From NCBI GenBank assembly GCA_965206595.1, contig OZ242214.1, positions 4,832,001 through 4,896,000 on the forward strand: DNA of 64,000 nt, read 5' to 3'. Under the pieces are notes generated by a model. That model made no database searches and was not told where the DNA came from. It worked only from the letters and a program-made list of their open reading frames with translations. This stretch comes from Candidatus Latescibacterota bacterium. Its GTDB lineage: Bacteria; Latescibacterota; UBA2968; UBA8231. Below are positions 30,001 through 40,666 of the stretch, piece by piece; the first letter of the stretch is position 1, and every line of letters starts with the position of its first letter. The position numbers were made by a program, and so were the translations under genes.

Positions 30001-30663
30001 ATGAACGAGAACCTGCGTTTGACCATGCTGTCCGGTTCCTTCGAGTACGACTCGGAGGATTCGCTGACCGTCCTGCGCGACTACCTGCGGCACCACTCCC
30101 CGGGGATCGCCCCGGCCCTGATCGCCTACAGCAGCGAGGACGACGACCCATCGCTGCAGCTGCTCGAGGAGGAGACAGACGTCCTCCTCGTCTTCACCCG
30201 CCGCCTCACCACGACCGGGGCCGAGCTCGAGCGTTTCAGGCAGTACTGCGCCGCCGGCAAGCCCGTCGTCGGAGTGCGCACCGCCAGCCACGCCTACCAG
30301 AACTGGCTGGCGTTCGACCGCGAGGTCCTCGGCGGCAGCTACGACGGCCACTACGGCAGCGGCGTGGCCGCCCGCATCGAGATCGCGGACGAGGCGGCCG
30401 GCCACCCGGTCCTGAAGGGAGTCGAGCCGTTCGAATCCCAGGGAAGCCTGTACCGGAACACGCCGATCGCCGAGGACACGGAGCTACTGCTCAGCGGCCG
30501 CACCCCGGAGCATTTCGAGCCGGTCGCCTGGACGCGAAGGCATCCAGGCGGGCGCCGGGGCCGCATCTTCTACACTTCGCTGGGACACCAGAAGGATTTC
30601 TGGGAGCTCGATTTCCTGCGCCTGATCGACAACGCCGTCAACTGGGTGGGAGGCACGGAATGA
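30001..30663 (+). CDS. ThuA-like domain protein
   Basis: VVGVRTASHA, GHPVLKG, EPVAWTR, IFYTSLGH. Confidence 0.85.
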   Translation: MNENLRLTMLSGSFEYDSEDSLTVLRDYLRHHSPGIAPALIAYSSEDDDPSLQLLEEETDVLLVFTRRLTTTGAELERFRQYCAAGKPVVGVRTASHAYQNWLAFDREVLGGSYDGHYGSGVAARIEIADEAAGHPVLKGVEPFESQGSLYRNTPIAEDTELLLSGRTPEHFEPVAWTRRHPGGRRGRIFYTSLGHQKDFWELDFLRLIDNAVNWVGGTE

Positions 30664-31811
30664 GAATCGCCGAGGTCAGGTGGTTTCCGGTCTGGGCCGG
30701 CGGCCGCAATCAGATGATCGTCAGGATCGAGACCGACACCGGGCTGTTCGGCCTGGGGGAGTCCGGCGTCAGCGGGCGCGAGCTCGCCGTGGCCGGCGCC
30801 ATGCGCCATTTCCGGGAGTTCCTCCTCGGACGCGACCCGAGGCGCATCGGCGCCCTCTGGCAGGAGCTCTACCGCGGCCAGTACTTCGAAGGCGGCCGCA
30901 TCCTGACCGGGGCGATCTCCGCCATCGACATCGCCCTTCACGACGTCGTCGCCCGCAGCCTCGGGATCCCGGTGTACCAGCTGCTCGGAGGAGCCCACCG
31001 CGACCGCATCCCCGGGTTCCCGACCATCGGCCTCGACGGCCCGCAGGCGGTCGCAGGGGCGCGCCAGCTCATCGCCGAGGGCTGGGACGTCATTCGCTTC
31101 GGCCCGGCAGAGGGGAACAGCTCCAACCCGGACGACGAGCAGCTGTACGAGCCGCGGCACTCGATCGCGCTGTCGGCCGAGTGGATCACCGCGGTGCGCG
31201 AGGAGGTCGGGAACGGACCGGTGCTCGGCATCGACTACCACCACCGGCTCAGCGTCGCCGAGACCGCCTCGTTCTGCCAGATGGTTCCACCGGGAACCCT
31301 CGATTTCCTCGAGGAGCCTATTCGCGACGAATCCCCGGAAGCGTACGCCGCCCTGCGCGGGATGACCCCGGTGCCGTTCGCCATCGGCGAGGAGTTTTCG
31401 AGCAAGTGGGCGTTCCTGCCCTACATCGAGCGCGGCCTGACGAACTTCGCCCGCGTCGACGTCTGCAACGTCGGCGGCCTGACCGAGGCGATGAAGGTCG
31501 CCGGCTGGTGCGAAGCTCACTACATCGACATGATGCCGCACAATCCGCTGGGGCCGGTCAGCACCGCCGCCCACATCCACTTCGGGGCCGCGGTGCCGAA
31601 TTTCTCCTGGCTCGAGGTGCGGGAGCGGGAGTTCCTCTTCGAGGAAGACTTGTTCCCGCAGCAGCACCGCCTCGAAGGCACCTCCTTCCCGCTGCCCGAG
31701 GGACCGGGCCTCGGGGTGGAGTTCAACGAGAAGCTCGCCTCCGAACAGGAGTGGAAGTTCTGGGAGGCGCCGCACCTGCACCGGCGCGACGGGTCCTATA
31801 CCAACTGGTAG
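30660..31811 (+). CDS. Mandelate racemase/muconate lactonizing family (galactonate dehydratase-like)
   Basis: AISAIDIAL, PVYQLLGG, DYH, FLEEP, GEE, PHNP, PGLG. Confidence 0.9.
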   Translation: MRIAEVRWFPVWAGGRNQMIVRIETDTGLFGLGESGVSGRELAVAGAMRHFREFLLGRDPRRIGALWQELYRGQYFEGGRILTGAISAIDIALHDVVARSLGIPVYQLLGGAHRDRIPGFPTIGLDGPQAVAGARQLIAEGWDVIRFGPAEGNSSNPDDEQLYEPRHSIALSAEWITAVREEVGNGPVLGIDYHHRLSVAETASFCQMVPPGTLDFLEEPIRDESPEAYAALRGMTPVPFAIGEEFSSKWAFLPYIERGLTNFARVDVCNVGGLTEAMKVAGWCEAHYIDMMPHNPLGPVSTAAHIHFGAAVPNFSWLEVREREFLFEEDLFPQQHRLEGTSFPLPEGPGLGVEFNEKLASEQEWKFWEAPHLHRRDGSYTNW

Positions 31812-31844
31812 CCAAAACGCGGCGGAAGCGAACGGCCGCACAGA

Positions 31845-33107
31845 CTACTGCAGGACGGCCCGGTAGATCGCCTCGGCGTCCCTCTCTGTGACCTCGACCG
31901 GATTGGGGTCGAGCAGGCGGCGCACCGCCATGCCGACCTCCACCATCCGCGGCAGATCCTCTTCGCCCAGCCCCGCCGCGGCCAGCGACCCGTACGGGGT
32001 GTAGCGGCGGCGCAGCTGATCGATCCTGTCGGCCACGGCGTCGACCACCGCCTCCCTGCTCTTTCCCGACAGATCGATGCCGGCCACCCCGGCTGCGTAG
32101 TAGTACTTGTCGCCTGCTGCCGGGGCGTTGTGGCGCATCACTCCGGGCAGCACCAGGGCGACCGCGGTGCCGTGCGGCACCGGTTTGCCCTTGGCGTGGG
32201 ACACCTTCTCGATTCCGTACCCGAGGGCGTGGGCGGCCCCGGTGTTGATGGGGCTGAGCAGCAGTCCGGCAAGCAGGCTGCAGCGCGACATCTGGTAGCG
32301 GACCCCCGGATCGGCGCTCCCGTTTTCGACCGCGGCGGTGAAGTTCGGCAGTCCTGCCCTGAGCGCCTCGCGGGCCACGGCGTCGCCGACGGGGTTGCTC
32401 TTCAGCGACGCCGTGCACTCGAGGGCGTGGCCGACGGCGTCGAGGGCGGTGATGGCGGTGAGAACCGGCGGCAGGTCGCGCGTGAAGTGCGGGTCGACGA
32501 TGGCGACGGCAGGCTGTATGTGATCGCTGTACACCGCCTGTTTCCCTTCCTCCGCGACGATGACGGAGACCCGGCTGGCCTCGGCGCCGGTGCCGGCCGT
32601 GGTCGGCATCGCGATCAGCGGCCAGCGCGACGGCTCGGGGAACAGGTCGAAGCCGAAGTAGTCGGCGCAGGAGCCGCCGCTGGTGGCGGTGCAGGAGCCG
32701 ACCTTGGCAGTATCGAGGGAACTGCCGCCCCCCAGGGCCGCGACAGCGTCGCAATCGGTGTTGCGCAGGGTTTCGGCGAAATCGTCGACGCTGGCCACCG
32801 TCGGATTGGGAACCACCCGGTCGAACACCCCGGCGAGCTTGATCCCCTCGCGGTCGAGTATCCAGCGGACCGGTTCTTCGAGGTGCTCGACGGCGCCGTC
32901 CCGGAGCAGCAGCAGCCGGCGCGCCTGCAGACGCCGGCATTCCCGGGCGAGAAGGTAGACGGCCCCCTCTCCCAGTATCACGCGACGGCTGTCGAACTTG
33001 AAGATCCGGGACAACCCGGCACGCTGCGCCGCGTCGGCGAAGAAACCGCTTTCCGCCAGCAGTTCTTCGTTTACCAGCAGTTCCTCGTTTACCTGAATCG
33101 GCTTCAT
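31845..33107 (-). CDS. Iron-containing alcohol dehydrogenase
   Basis: GGGSSLDTAK, PTTAGTGAE, DAVGHALE, GAAHAL, PHG; GGAGG RBS. Confidence 0.9.
   Translation of the reverse strand: MKPIQVNEELLVNEELLAESGFFADAAQRAGLSRIFKFDSRRVILGEGAVYLLARECRRLQARRLLLLRDGAVEHLEEPVRWILDREGIKLAGVFDRVVPNPTVASVDDFAETLRNTDCDAVAALGGGSSLDTAKVGSCTATSGGSCADYFGFDLFPEPSRWPLIAMPTTAGTGAEASRVSVIVAEEGKQAVYSDHIQPAVAIVDPHFTRDLPPVLTAITALDAVGHALECTASLKSNPVGDAVAREALRAGLPNFTAAVENGSADPGVRYQMSRCSLLAGLLLSPINTGAAHALGYGIEKVSHAKGKPVPHGTAVALVLPGVMRHNAPAAGDKYYYAAGVAGIDLSGKSREAVVDAVADRIDQLRRRYTPYGSLAAAGLGEEDLPRMVEVGMAVRRLLDPNPVEVTERDAEAIYRAVLQ
33057..33092. repeat. 18-bp tandem duplication (VNEELL x2) in the ADH N-terminus
   Basis: cagcagttcttcgtttac followed by cagcagttcctcgtttac, one mismatch. 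Confidence 0.85.
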
Positions 33108-33265
33108 GCGGCCTCCGTTCGTCAGAAGAAATCGTGAAGGTAGGGGGGTTCCGGTGCCTGTCCAATCCGCGGAACGATTGCAATTCGGTTGAAGGGCGGG
33201 TGCCCTTTCCATAGCTTTTTCGGTCTCCCCAGAAAGCGCATCTGCGAATTCCAGGAGCAATCGAG

Positions 33266-34036
33266 ATGACAACCGCAACCGTGACTGATTCCGCGCGGCA
33301 GCAGTACGAAGCGGATGGCTACCTCTCCCCCATCGACCTGTTCGGGGCCGATGAAATCGCCGCCTACCGGAAGCAATTCGACGAGCTGGAGGGCCGCGAG
33401 GGCCAGGAGAAGTCCCAGATCGGCCTGCAAGCCCGGCACTTCGACCAGGAGTTCATCTGGAAGCTGGCCGCCGACCCCCGCGTCCTCGACTGGATGGAGG
33501 GGGTCATGGGCGAGGACCTGATGCTGCTGAGCACCCACTTCTTCTGCAAATACCCCGACGCGAAGGGGGAGAAGTTCGTCGCCTGGCACCAGGACGTAAC
33601 CTACTGGGGCCTCGAGCCGGACGAAGCCCACACCGCTTGGATCGCCATCGACGACAGCGACGTCGGGAACGGCTGCATGCAGGTGATTCCCGGCTCGCAT
33701 GCCCAGGGGATCGTCCCGCACGGCAAGGCGGACCGCAACGGCAACCTCCTCAGCATCAACCAGGAGATCCCCGACGAGTACGTCGACAAGACCAACGCCG
33801 TCAACCTCGAACTCCAGGCGGGCCAGATGTCCATCCACTACGGCAAAGTGTATCACGCCAGCCATCCCAACACCTCGAACCGGCGCCGCTGCGGCCTCAC
33901 GGTCCGCTTCATTCCCCCCGAAGCGCGCCAGACCGAGATCAACTCGCTGGGTAGCGACTGGAAGCCGATCCTGCTGCGCGGCGAGGACCGCTATCACCAC
34001 TATCTCGAAACGCCGCCCCCGTTCCCCGTCCCTTAG
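33266..34036 (+). CDS. PhyH-family dioxygenase
   Basis: FFCK, AWHQDVTYW, WIAID, PGSH, YHAS.PN..RRCG. Confidence 0.9.
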   Translation: MTTATVTDSARQQYEADGYLSPIDLFGADEIAAYRKQFDELEGREGQEKSQIGLQARHFDQEFIWKLAADPRVLDWMEGVMGEDLMLLSTHFFCKYPDAKGEKFVAWHQDVTYWGLEPDEAHTAWIAIDDSDVGNGCMQVIPGSHAQGIVPHGKADRNGNLLSINQEIPDEYVDKTNAVNLELQAGQMSIHYGKVYHASHPNTSNRRRCGLTVRFIPPEARQTEINSLGSDWKPILLRGEDRYHHYLETPPPFPVP

Positions 34037-34181
34037 CAGCTGTCCTGTTTCACCACACCTCGCCGGGCCCTCGCCGGATCGCCTGCCTGTCCGCGTCGAG
34101 ACCGGCGCCGATGGCCCTGTCCCGCCTCCGCCGGGGCTCGATAGCTTTTCGAAACACTTTTTCCCGGGAGCCTTCCGCACC

Positions 34182-34853
34182 ATGGCCCAACACGACCGCA
34201 TGGCCGTGCTCAACGCGATCTTCGAGGTCGGCGTTGTTCCGGTCTTCTACCACGGCGACCTGAACACCGTCATCTCGACCATCGAAGCCTGCGCCGCAGG
34301 GGGCGCCCGCGTCGTGGAGTTCACCAACCGCGGCGACCAGGCCTACCGCGTCTTCGCCGATTCCGCCCGGCACGTCATCGACAACGAGGTCGACGTCATC
34401 CTCGGGGTCGGCTCGATCGTCGACGCTCCGACTGCGGCGCTCTACATCGCCAGCGGCGCCAACTTCGTCGTCGGGCCGCTGCTTAACACCGAGGTGGCCA
34501 GGCTCTGCAACCGCCGCAAGATCCCCTATTCGCCCGGCTGCGGCAGCGTCTCCGAGATCGCCGCCGCCGAAGAGCTCGGGGTGGAGATCGTCAAGGTCTT
34601 TCCCGGCGCCGAGGTGGGCGGGCCCGAGTTCGTCAAGTCCGTGCTCGGACCCTGCCCCTGGACCCGCGTCATGCCCACCGGCGGAGTCGATGTCACGCGC
34701 GCGAGCCTCGAGGCCTGGTTCGGCGCCGGGGTCGCCTGTGTCGGCGTCGGCTCGAAGCTGATCACGAAAGAGATCCAGGCCTCGGGTGATTTCGCCGGGC
34801 TCAGCGCGGAGGTGCGCCGGGTGGTTGAGCTGATCGCCGAGATACGCAGCTGA
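34182..34853 (+). CDS. eda: KDPG/KHG aldolase
   Basis: VEFTNRG, GVGSI, GANFVVGP, PGC...E, VKVFP, MPTGGV. Confidence 0.9.
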   Translation: MAQHDRMAVLNAIFEVGVVPVFYHGDLNTVISTIEACAAGGARVVEFTNRGDQAYRVFADSARHVIDNEVDVILGVGSIVDAPTAALYIASGANFVVGPLLNTEVARLCNRRKIPYSPGCGSVSEIAAAEELGVEIVKVFPGAEVGGPEFVKSVLGPCPWTRVMPTGGVDVTRASLEAWFGAGVACVGVGSKLITKEIQASGDFAGLSAEVRRVVELIAEIRS

Positions 34854-34973
34854 CCTCCTGGCCCGGTCGATGCCCGGCACCTCGGCCAGGAGGCTTCAAC
34901 CCGATCTCCCGCAAGCAATTGTCAAATCCGCACCAGCGATTAGTTTCTAGCACCAACAAGGAGGTGCGCCGCG

Positions 34974-35198
34974 ATGGGAAAAACGATTTTCTCTGGCGAA
35001 GTCTCAACCGCCCTTCAGGACATCGACAACAAGTACGAAGTCTGCAGGGCGATCTTCACCCGGGCCCGCGACATCAATTCGCGGGCGATGCAGACCGGTG
35101 AAGCCCTGCACAACGCCCCGGCCACCGCCCTCGGGGAGTACACCGACGGACGCATCGCCCCCCGGGTCGAAGAGGAAGTCGAGGAGCAAGCCGGGTAA
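34974..35198 (+). CDS. rpoZ: RNA polymerase omega subunit-like protein
   Basis: 74 aa; NKYE....RAR.I....P.TAL.E...GRI pattern; AAGGAGG RBS. Confidence 0.65.
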   Translation: MGKTIFSGEVSTALQDIDNKYEVCRAIFTRARDINSRAMQTGEALHNAPATALGEYTDGRIAPRVEEEVEEQAG

Positions 35199-35210
35199 GA
35201 TACCGGACCG

Positions 35211-35254
35211 AAAAAAAGCAAGCCCCCCGGAGTGGATCTCCGGGGGGCTTTTTC
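35211..35254. terminator. Intrinsic terminator, probably bidirectional
   Basis: A-tract, 13-bp stem aagccccccggag/ctccggggggctt, T-tract; lies between convergent rpoZ and ahcY. Confidence 0.85.
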
Positions 35255-35312
35255 GTTCGAGCCAGTTCTTTACCGTGCCGGCCGGCCGCTGTGCCCGTCG
35301 GGCTGGCAAGCG

Positions 35313-36662
35313 CTAGTACTTGTAGTGATCCGGCTTGTAGGGGCCTTCGACCGGCACCCCGAGGTACTCCGCCTGACCCTCGCCGAGCCTGTCGAGCTCG
35401 ACCCCTAGCTTCTTCAGGTGAAGCTGGGCCACCTGCTCGTCGAGCCTCTTGGGCAGACGGTGGACGCCGATCTCGTACTCCCCGGTGAACAGCTCGATCT
35501 GCGCCAGCACCTGGTTGGTGAACGACATAGACATCACGAACGACGGATGCCCGGTGGCGCAGCCCAGGTTCACCAGGCGGCCTTCGGCAAGCAGGATGAT
35601 CGTGCGGCCGTCGGGAAAGGTATAGCGGTCGACCTGCGGTTTGATCTCGTCCTTGCGGATGCCGGGGTAGGCCTCGAGCCGGGCGACCTGAATCTCGACG
35701 TCGAAGTGACCGATGTTGCAGACGATGGCTCCGTCCTTCATCGCTTTCATGTGGTCGATGGTGATGAGGTCCTTGCACCCGGTCGTGGTAATGAAAATGT
35801 CCCCTTCCTCGACCGCCCGGTTCATCGGCATCACCTCGATCCCTTCCATCGCCGCCTGCAGCGCGCAGATCGGATCGACCTCGGTGACGATGACCCGCGA
35901 GCCGAACCCGCGCATCGATTGGGCGCACCCTTTCCCTACGTCCCCGTACCCGGCGACAACGGCGACCTTGCCGGCGGTCATGATGTCGGTGGCTCTTTTT
36001 ATGCCGTCGAGCAGCGACTCCCGGCAGCCGTAGAGGTTGTCGAACTTCGACTTGGTGACGCTATCGTTGACATTGACGGCCGGAATCTTCAGGGAGCCGG
36101 CGGCCAGCATGCGATGCAGATTGTGGACCCCCGTCGTCGTCTCTTCGGAGGTTCCCCGGATTTCCGGCAACAACTCGGGCCGTTCGTCGTGGACCCACCG
36201 GGTCAAATCCCCGCCGTCGTCGAGGATGAGGTTGGGGCCCTCTTCCGCCCAGTTCAGGGTCTGGTCCGTGCACCACCAGTATTCCTTCTCGCTCTCCCCT
36301 TTCCAGGCGAACACCGGGGTGCCTGTTTCGGCGACCGCGGCGGCGGCGTGGTCCTGGGTCGAGAAGATGTTGCAGGAAGCCCAGCGCACCTGAGCCCCGA
36401 GCGCCTGCAGGGTCTCTATGAGCACGGCCGTCTGGATCGTCATGTGCAGGGAGCCGGCTATGCGAGCCCCTTTGAGCGGCTGCCGCCGCCCGTACTCCTC
36501 GCGCAGCGCCATCAGCCCGGGCATCTCCTTCTCCGCCAGCTCGATCTCCTTGCGGCCCCAGCCGGCCAGCCCGATGTCGGCAACCTTGAAATCGCCCGCA
36601 TTGCCGTTGCCCGCAGCGCGCGCGCGATCCAGCTCGTCAATACGCGTGGGTGTGGTCGTCAC
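35313..36662 (-). CDS. ahcY: Adenosylhomocysteinase
   Basis: [57 protein letters not shown]. Confidence 0.97.
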   Translation of the reverse strand: MTTTPTRIDELDRARAAGNGNAGDFKVADIGLAGWGRKEIELAEKEMPGLMALREEYGRRQPLKGARIAGSLHMTIQTAVLIETLQALGAQVRWASCNIFSTQDHAAAAVAETGTPVFAWKGESEKEYWWCTDQTLNWAEEGPNLILDDGGDLTRWVHDERPELLPEIRGTSEETTTGVHNLHRMLAAGSLKIPAVNVNDSVTKSKFDNLYGCRESLLDGIKRATDIMTAGKVAVVAGYGDVGKGCAQSMRGFGSRVIVTEVDPICALQAAMEGIEVMPMNRAVEEGDIFITTTGCKDLITIDHMKAMKDGAIVCNIGHFDVEIQVARLEAYPGIRKDEIKPQVDRYTFPDGRTIILLAEGRLVNLGCATGHPSFVMSMSFTNQVLAQIELFTGEYEIGVHRLPKRLDEQVAQLHLKKLGVELDRLGEGQAEYLGVPVEGPYKPDHYKY

Positions 36663-36863
36663 GTCTTTCTCCGAGGTGATGAGTTTCAGAAGGCTCGCGC
36701 CCGCAGTTCTTGACAGCTGCGCGGAGGCGCTCGCCAGGTTCCGTCAACAAAGATAGGGTGGGGGGCAACCCGGCGATTCGCGAGGACCGGGATAGATCCA
36801 GGCGTGAGGCACCTGGTTACGACGAAAACGCGCAGTACCGGGGCCTTCAGCATGGAATCCCCT

Positions 36864-38447
36864 TCAGAAGGCAGGCGCCGCTGCCCCCTCGATGGTCACG
36901 TCGAGCACCGATGGCAGGCCACTGGCGAGGGCGCGCTCGACCGCCGGCCCCAGCTCGCCGGGGTCCTCTACCCGCTCCCCGTACCCGCCCAAGGCCTCGG
37001 CGACGCGGTCGTACCGGGACGGCAGGAGTTCGCAGCCGATGGTGCGGCCGGGGCCGTACTGGCGGATCTGCAGTTGCACTTCGGCGTTCCAGCGGGCGTC
37101 ATTCCCGACGATGACGATCACGGGCAGGCCGTAGCGCACGCAGGTGTCGATCTCGAGGGCGTGGTAACCGAAGGTGCCGTCCCCCTGAAACACGAAAACA
37201 TCGCGGTCCGGGTAGCGGAGCTTGGCGGCCATCCCCAGCGGCAGAGAGCTGCCGATCGCACCGGAGGGGCCGTTTATCAGGCGCAGGTCCGCGGTGAGGC
37301 CTGCCTGCATCCACTGCCCGAACTCGCCGCCGTCGCTGACGAAGACGGCGTTCTCCTCCAGGAACGGCTGCAGCGTCTCGCAGACCGCCAGCGGATGCGT
37401 GGGCGCCGCGCCGCTCATGCGCTGGTCCAGCCATTCCAGGGGCGCGGCGCGGGCCGCCGTTACCTCCCGGCTCCACGGGCTTTGCGGCCACTGCCGCCCT
37501 TCCGCGGCCGCGGCGAGGAGGCGAACCGAGGCCGCGGGATCGCCGCGGTAACAGCACTCGAGGCGGCCGCCGTTGACGACCGCCCCCTCGGCATCGACCG
37601 ACAGAAAGCTCACCGAGTCGGAAAAGGCCGGGGGTTCGCCGAAGCGCAGGGAGAAGTCGAGCTGCTTGCCCACCAGCAGCACGAGGTCGGCCCTGGCGAG
37701 ACAGCTGTTGGCGCCGCGCAGCCAGGGATCGTCGACCCCGCGCGGACTCTCGCACGGCAGCGCGGGAATCCCGGAGACCGACTGCAGTTCCAGCACCCCG
37801 CTCCAGCCGCGGCCCCGCGACATGGCGGACCCGGCCAGGATCAGAGGACGGTCCGCGGCCTGCAGGCGATCGAGGATGTCTCCGGCATCGGCGTCGCTCA
37901 GCCGCGGACCGGCCGCCCCGGAGAACTGCGTCTGCGGGGCAGACTCAGGACCCGCTGCCTGCAGCAGGTCGACCGGAAGGCTGATGTGTACGGGACCGGG
38001 ACGGCCGCCTGCGGCGACCTTCAGAGCCCGGGCGACGACCTCTCCCAGGGGCTCGGCGCCGGTCGCTGTGTGCGACCACTTGGTCACCGGCGCCGCCACC
38101 GCGGCCTGGTCGATTTCCTGGAAGGCCCCTGTGCCGGCCTGCAAAACCGGGCTGCTGCCGCTAATCAGCACCAGGGGGGACTCCGCCTCCCGGGCGACGT
38201 ACAGTCCGGAGATGCCGTTGCAGTGCCCGGGGCCTGCGGTGAGCAGGGCGACCCCCGGTTCGCCGCAGAGTCGGCCCCATCCGTCGGCCATGTGCACCGC
38301 GGCTGCCTCGTGGCGGGTGTGGATCAACCGGATGTCGCTGCCGATGCAGGCGTCGAAGAGCGGCAGGTTCTGGTTGCCGGAGAGCGCGAAGAGATGGCGG
38401 ACTCCGGCCGCGGTCAGCGTCTCGACGACGCTCTCGGCCCCGGTCAT
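36864..38447 (-). CDS. ThDP-binding enzyme
   Basis: RHEAAAVHMADGW, TAGPG, DGGEF, GDGTF..N. Confidence 0.9.
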   Translation of the reverse strand: MTGAESVVETLTAAGVRHLFALSGNQNLPLFDACIGSDIRLIHTRHEAAAVHMADGWGRLCGEPGVALLTAGPGHCNGISGLYVAREAESPLVLISGSSPVLQAGTGAFQEIDQAAVAAPVTKWSHTATGAEPLGEVVARALKVAAGGRPGPVHISLPVDLLQAAGPESAPQTQFSGAAGPRLSDADAGDILDRLQAADRPLILAGSAMSRGRGWSGVLELQSVSGIPALPCESPRGVDDPWLRGANSCLARADLVLLVGKQLDFSLRFGEPPAFSDSVSFLSVDAEGAVVNGGRLECCYRGDPAASVRLLAAAAEGRQWPQSPWSREVTAARAAPLEWLDQRMSGAAPTHPLAVCETLQPFLEENAVFVSDGGEFGQWMQAGLTADLRLINGPSGAIGSSLPLGMAAKLRYPDRDVFVFQGDGTFGYHALEIDTCVRYGLPVIVIVGNDARWNAEVQLQIRQYGPGRTIGCELLPSRYDRVAEALGGYGERVEDPGELGPAVERALASGLPSVLDVTIEGAAAPAF

Positions 38448-38671
38448 CCCGCAGCGCGTGGCTGCCAGCGCGGCGCCGGGGGGGCAGCTTCTGCCAAGTG
38501 ATCGTCCCTGGATTCCAAACGGATTCCCGAGTCGGCTTCGGCGGCTGCGAGTCGGTCTGTATCGAGTTGAGCCATGATTGAGCCCGGCTATTTTAGCCGC
38601 ATAGGCCGGCGGGCAACACCCCGCCAGGAAATACCATCGCCCGAAGCCGCGGGCAGGACGAAAGGAACACA

Positions 38672-39655
38672 GTGACGGAAATCCGGACAGGTATCATCGG
38701 GACCGGGGGCATGGGAAGGCACCACGCGCATCAGATCTCGCAGCGAGACGACGCCTGCATAGTGGCGCTCTGCGACACCAATGGAGATTCGATGGCGCAA
38801 CTGCAGCGGTCCCTCGGCGGCGAGGTGGCACAGTTCCCGGACTGGAAACAGCTGCTCGCCGAAGGCGGTCTCGACGCCGTCGTCGTAGCCACCCCGCACA
38901 CGCAGCACGGAGAGCAGGTGCGGCAATGCCTGCAGGCCGGCCTGCACGTCCTGGTCGAGAAGCCGATGGCGACCACCGCGGCCGATGCACGCGGCATCCT
39001 CGACGCCGCCGAGGCCTCGGGCAAGGTGCTGGCCATCGCCTACCAGAGACACGGAGAGGGGCGCTTCATCCGCGCCCGCGAGCTGCTGCGGAGCGGCGCC
39101 ATCGGCGAGATACGCCTCGTCCACGTCGTCATCGCCCAGGACTGCCTGTCCGTCTTTCTGCCGGGCGCCTCGTGGCGGGCGGACCCGGCGCTTTCGGGCG
39201 GGGGCCATTTCATGGACACCGGCAGCCACATCAACGACATCCTGCTGTGGGCGACCGGCCTCGAGCCGAAGCGCGTCCAGGCCTTCATCAACCAGGAAGG
39301 CACCGATGTCGACGTGCTCACCGCGGTGACCGTCGAGTTCACCAACGGCGCCGTCGGCACCCTGGCCTACACCTCGCTCTCACCGGAGTGGCGTGAGGAG
39401 TTCACTTTCTACGGAACCGAAGGGGTGATGAGATTCGGCGCCGTTGAGCCGCTGATGATCCACAGGCGCGGGGAGGACATTCTGCTGCCGCGGCCGGCCG
39501 CCGGGGGCGCCTCGCCTGCCCACAACTTCATCGACGCGATCCAGGGCAGGGCGGAGGTGCAGGCGCCCGGAATCTGCGGACTGCGGGTGGCGCAGCTGAC
39601 CGAGGGGGTGTACGCCTCATGCGCCAGCGGCCGCCCCGCCGGGGTGGCCCAGTAG
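38672..39655 (+). CDS. Gfo/Idh/MocA oxidoreductase
   Basis: GIIGTGGMG, ATP..H, HVLVEKPM, GGG..D.G.H. Confidence 0.92.
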   Translation: MTEIRTGIIGTGGMGRHHAHQISQRDDACIVALCDTNGDSMAQLQRSLGGEVAQFPDWKQLLAEGGLDAVVVATPHTQHGEQVRQCLQAGLHVLVEKPMATTAADARGILDAAEASGKVLAIAYQRHGEGRFIRARELLRSGAIGEIRLVHVVIAQDCLSVFLPGASWRADPALSGGGHFMDTGSHINDILLWATGLEPKRVQAFINQEGTDVDVLTAVTVEFTNGAVGTLAYTSLSPEWREEFTFYGTEGVMRFGAVEPLMIHRRGEDILLPRPAAGGASPAHNFIDAIQGRAEVQAPGICGLRVAQLTEGVYASCASGRPAGVAQ

Positions 39656-39665
39656 GAGGCCGCTG

Positions 39666-40646
39666 CTACAGCTGCTCCACCACCTGCAGCAACGCCTTCA
39701 TGTAGCCGACGGCATGGGCGCGGCCGCGGTGGTTCCAGGGCGAATCGCCGTCGGTTGCCGGCACGTGGTCGGGAATCATGAAACCGGTGAAGCCGACCTC
39801 CTTGAGGGTCTTTACCACTTCCAGGGTGTTGACGTTGCCGTCGCCGATGAAACACTCGTTGAAGCAGGGGATCTGCCCCTGCACGTCGCGGAAGTGGACG
39901 TAGACGATCTTCCCCTGGCCGCCGAAGTGGCGGATCGCCCTGATGACGTTGTCGTGGCCCCCCATCTCCGACCAGCAGCCCATGCAGAAATTGAGGCCGT
40001 GGTTGGGGCTGTCGAAGCGGTCCATGGCGCGGCGGAAGGCGTCGAAGCTGCCGAAGATCCGCGCGATACCGCCCAGCGAGGGGACCGGCGGATCGTCCGG
40101 ATGCAGGGCGAGGCGGACCCCGGCTTCCTCGGCGACCGGCAGGATGCGCTCGAGGTAGTACTGGTAATTCTCCCACATCTCATCGGCGGTGAACTCGCGC
40201 CCGTGGGTTGGCCCGGCATCCTCGTGGGCCGCCAGGTCGAAGCGGGTGCCCCTCGCCCCGCCCGAGAGCACCGCCGGATCCGGGGTGCGCCAGACCCCGT
40301 TGGGGACCCAGTGATACCCCAGCGTCGGGATGCCCGCCCTGCCGAGGTTGCGGATCGTCGACTGCATGTGGGCGATCTGCCCGTCGCCGCCCGGCAGCCC
40401 GAGCATCGCCTTGTCGTAGAAGGCAAACGGCACGTTCTCGATCGCCATCAGGCGAAGCCCGGCGCCGTCGGCGCGCTGTCTGAGCGCCGCGAGGTCCTCG
40501 TACTCCCACTGCTGTTCCCCGGGCAGCGAGGATCCGTTGACCATGTTCATCAGGAAATCGTCGACGCCGATCTGCTTGATGAAGGTGAGCATCTCGTCGG
40601 TAAGGGTGTTGAACTGCCCGAGTCCGACGCGCATGGGAAGGGTCAT
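39666..40646 (-). CDS. Mannonate dehydratase (UxuA) family protein
   Basis: LPVAEEAGVRLALHPDDPP, NFCMGC, VHFRDV, IPDH. Confidence 0.9.
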   Translation of the reverse strand: MTLPMRVGLGQFNTLTDEMLTFIKQIGVDDFLMNMVNGSSLPGEQQWEYEDLAALRQRADGAGLRLMAIENVPFAFYDKAMLGLPGGDGQIAHMQSTIRNLGRAGIPTLGYHWVPNGVWRTPDPAVLSGGARGTRFDLAAHEDAGPTHGREFTADEMWENYQYYLERILPVAEEAGVRLALHPDDPPVPSLGGIARIFGSFDAFRRAMDRFDSPNHGLNFCMGCWSEMGGHDNVIRAIRHFGGQGKIVYVHFRDVQGQIPCFNECFIGDGNVNTLEVVKTLKEVGFTGFMIPDHVPATDGDSPWNHRGRAHAVGYMKALLQVVEQL

Positions 40647-40666
40647 GGTTTTCTCCGGCCTCGGGG

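Noticed and set aside
36663-36860. SAH/SAM riboswitch upstream of ahcY
   Set aside because: SAH-like words (aggctcg, ggcgctc) lie on the wrong strand; only a generic ttgacgg/ctgtcaa stem on the sense strand.
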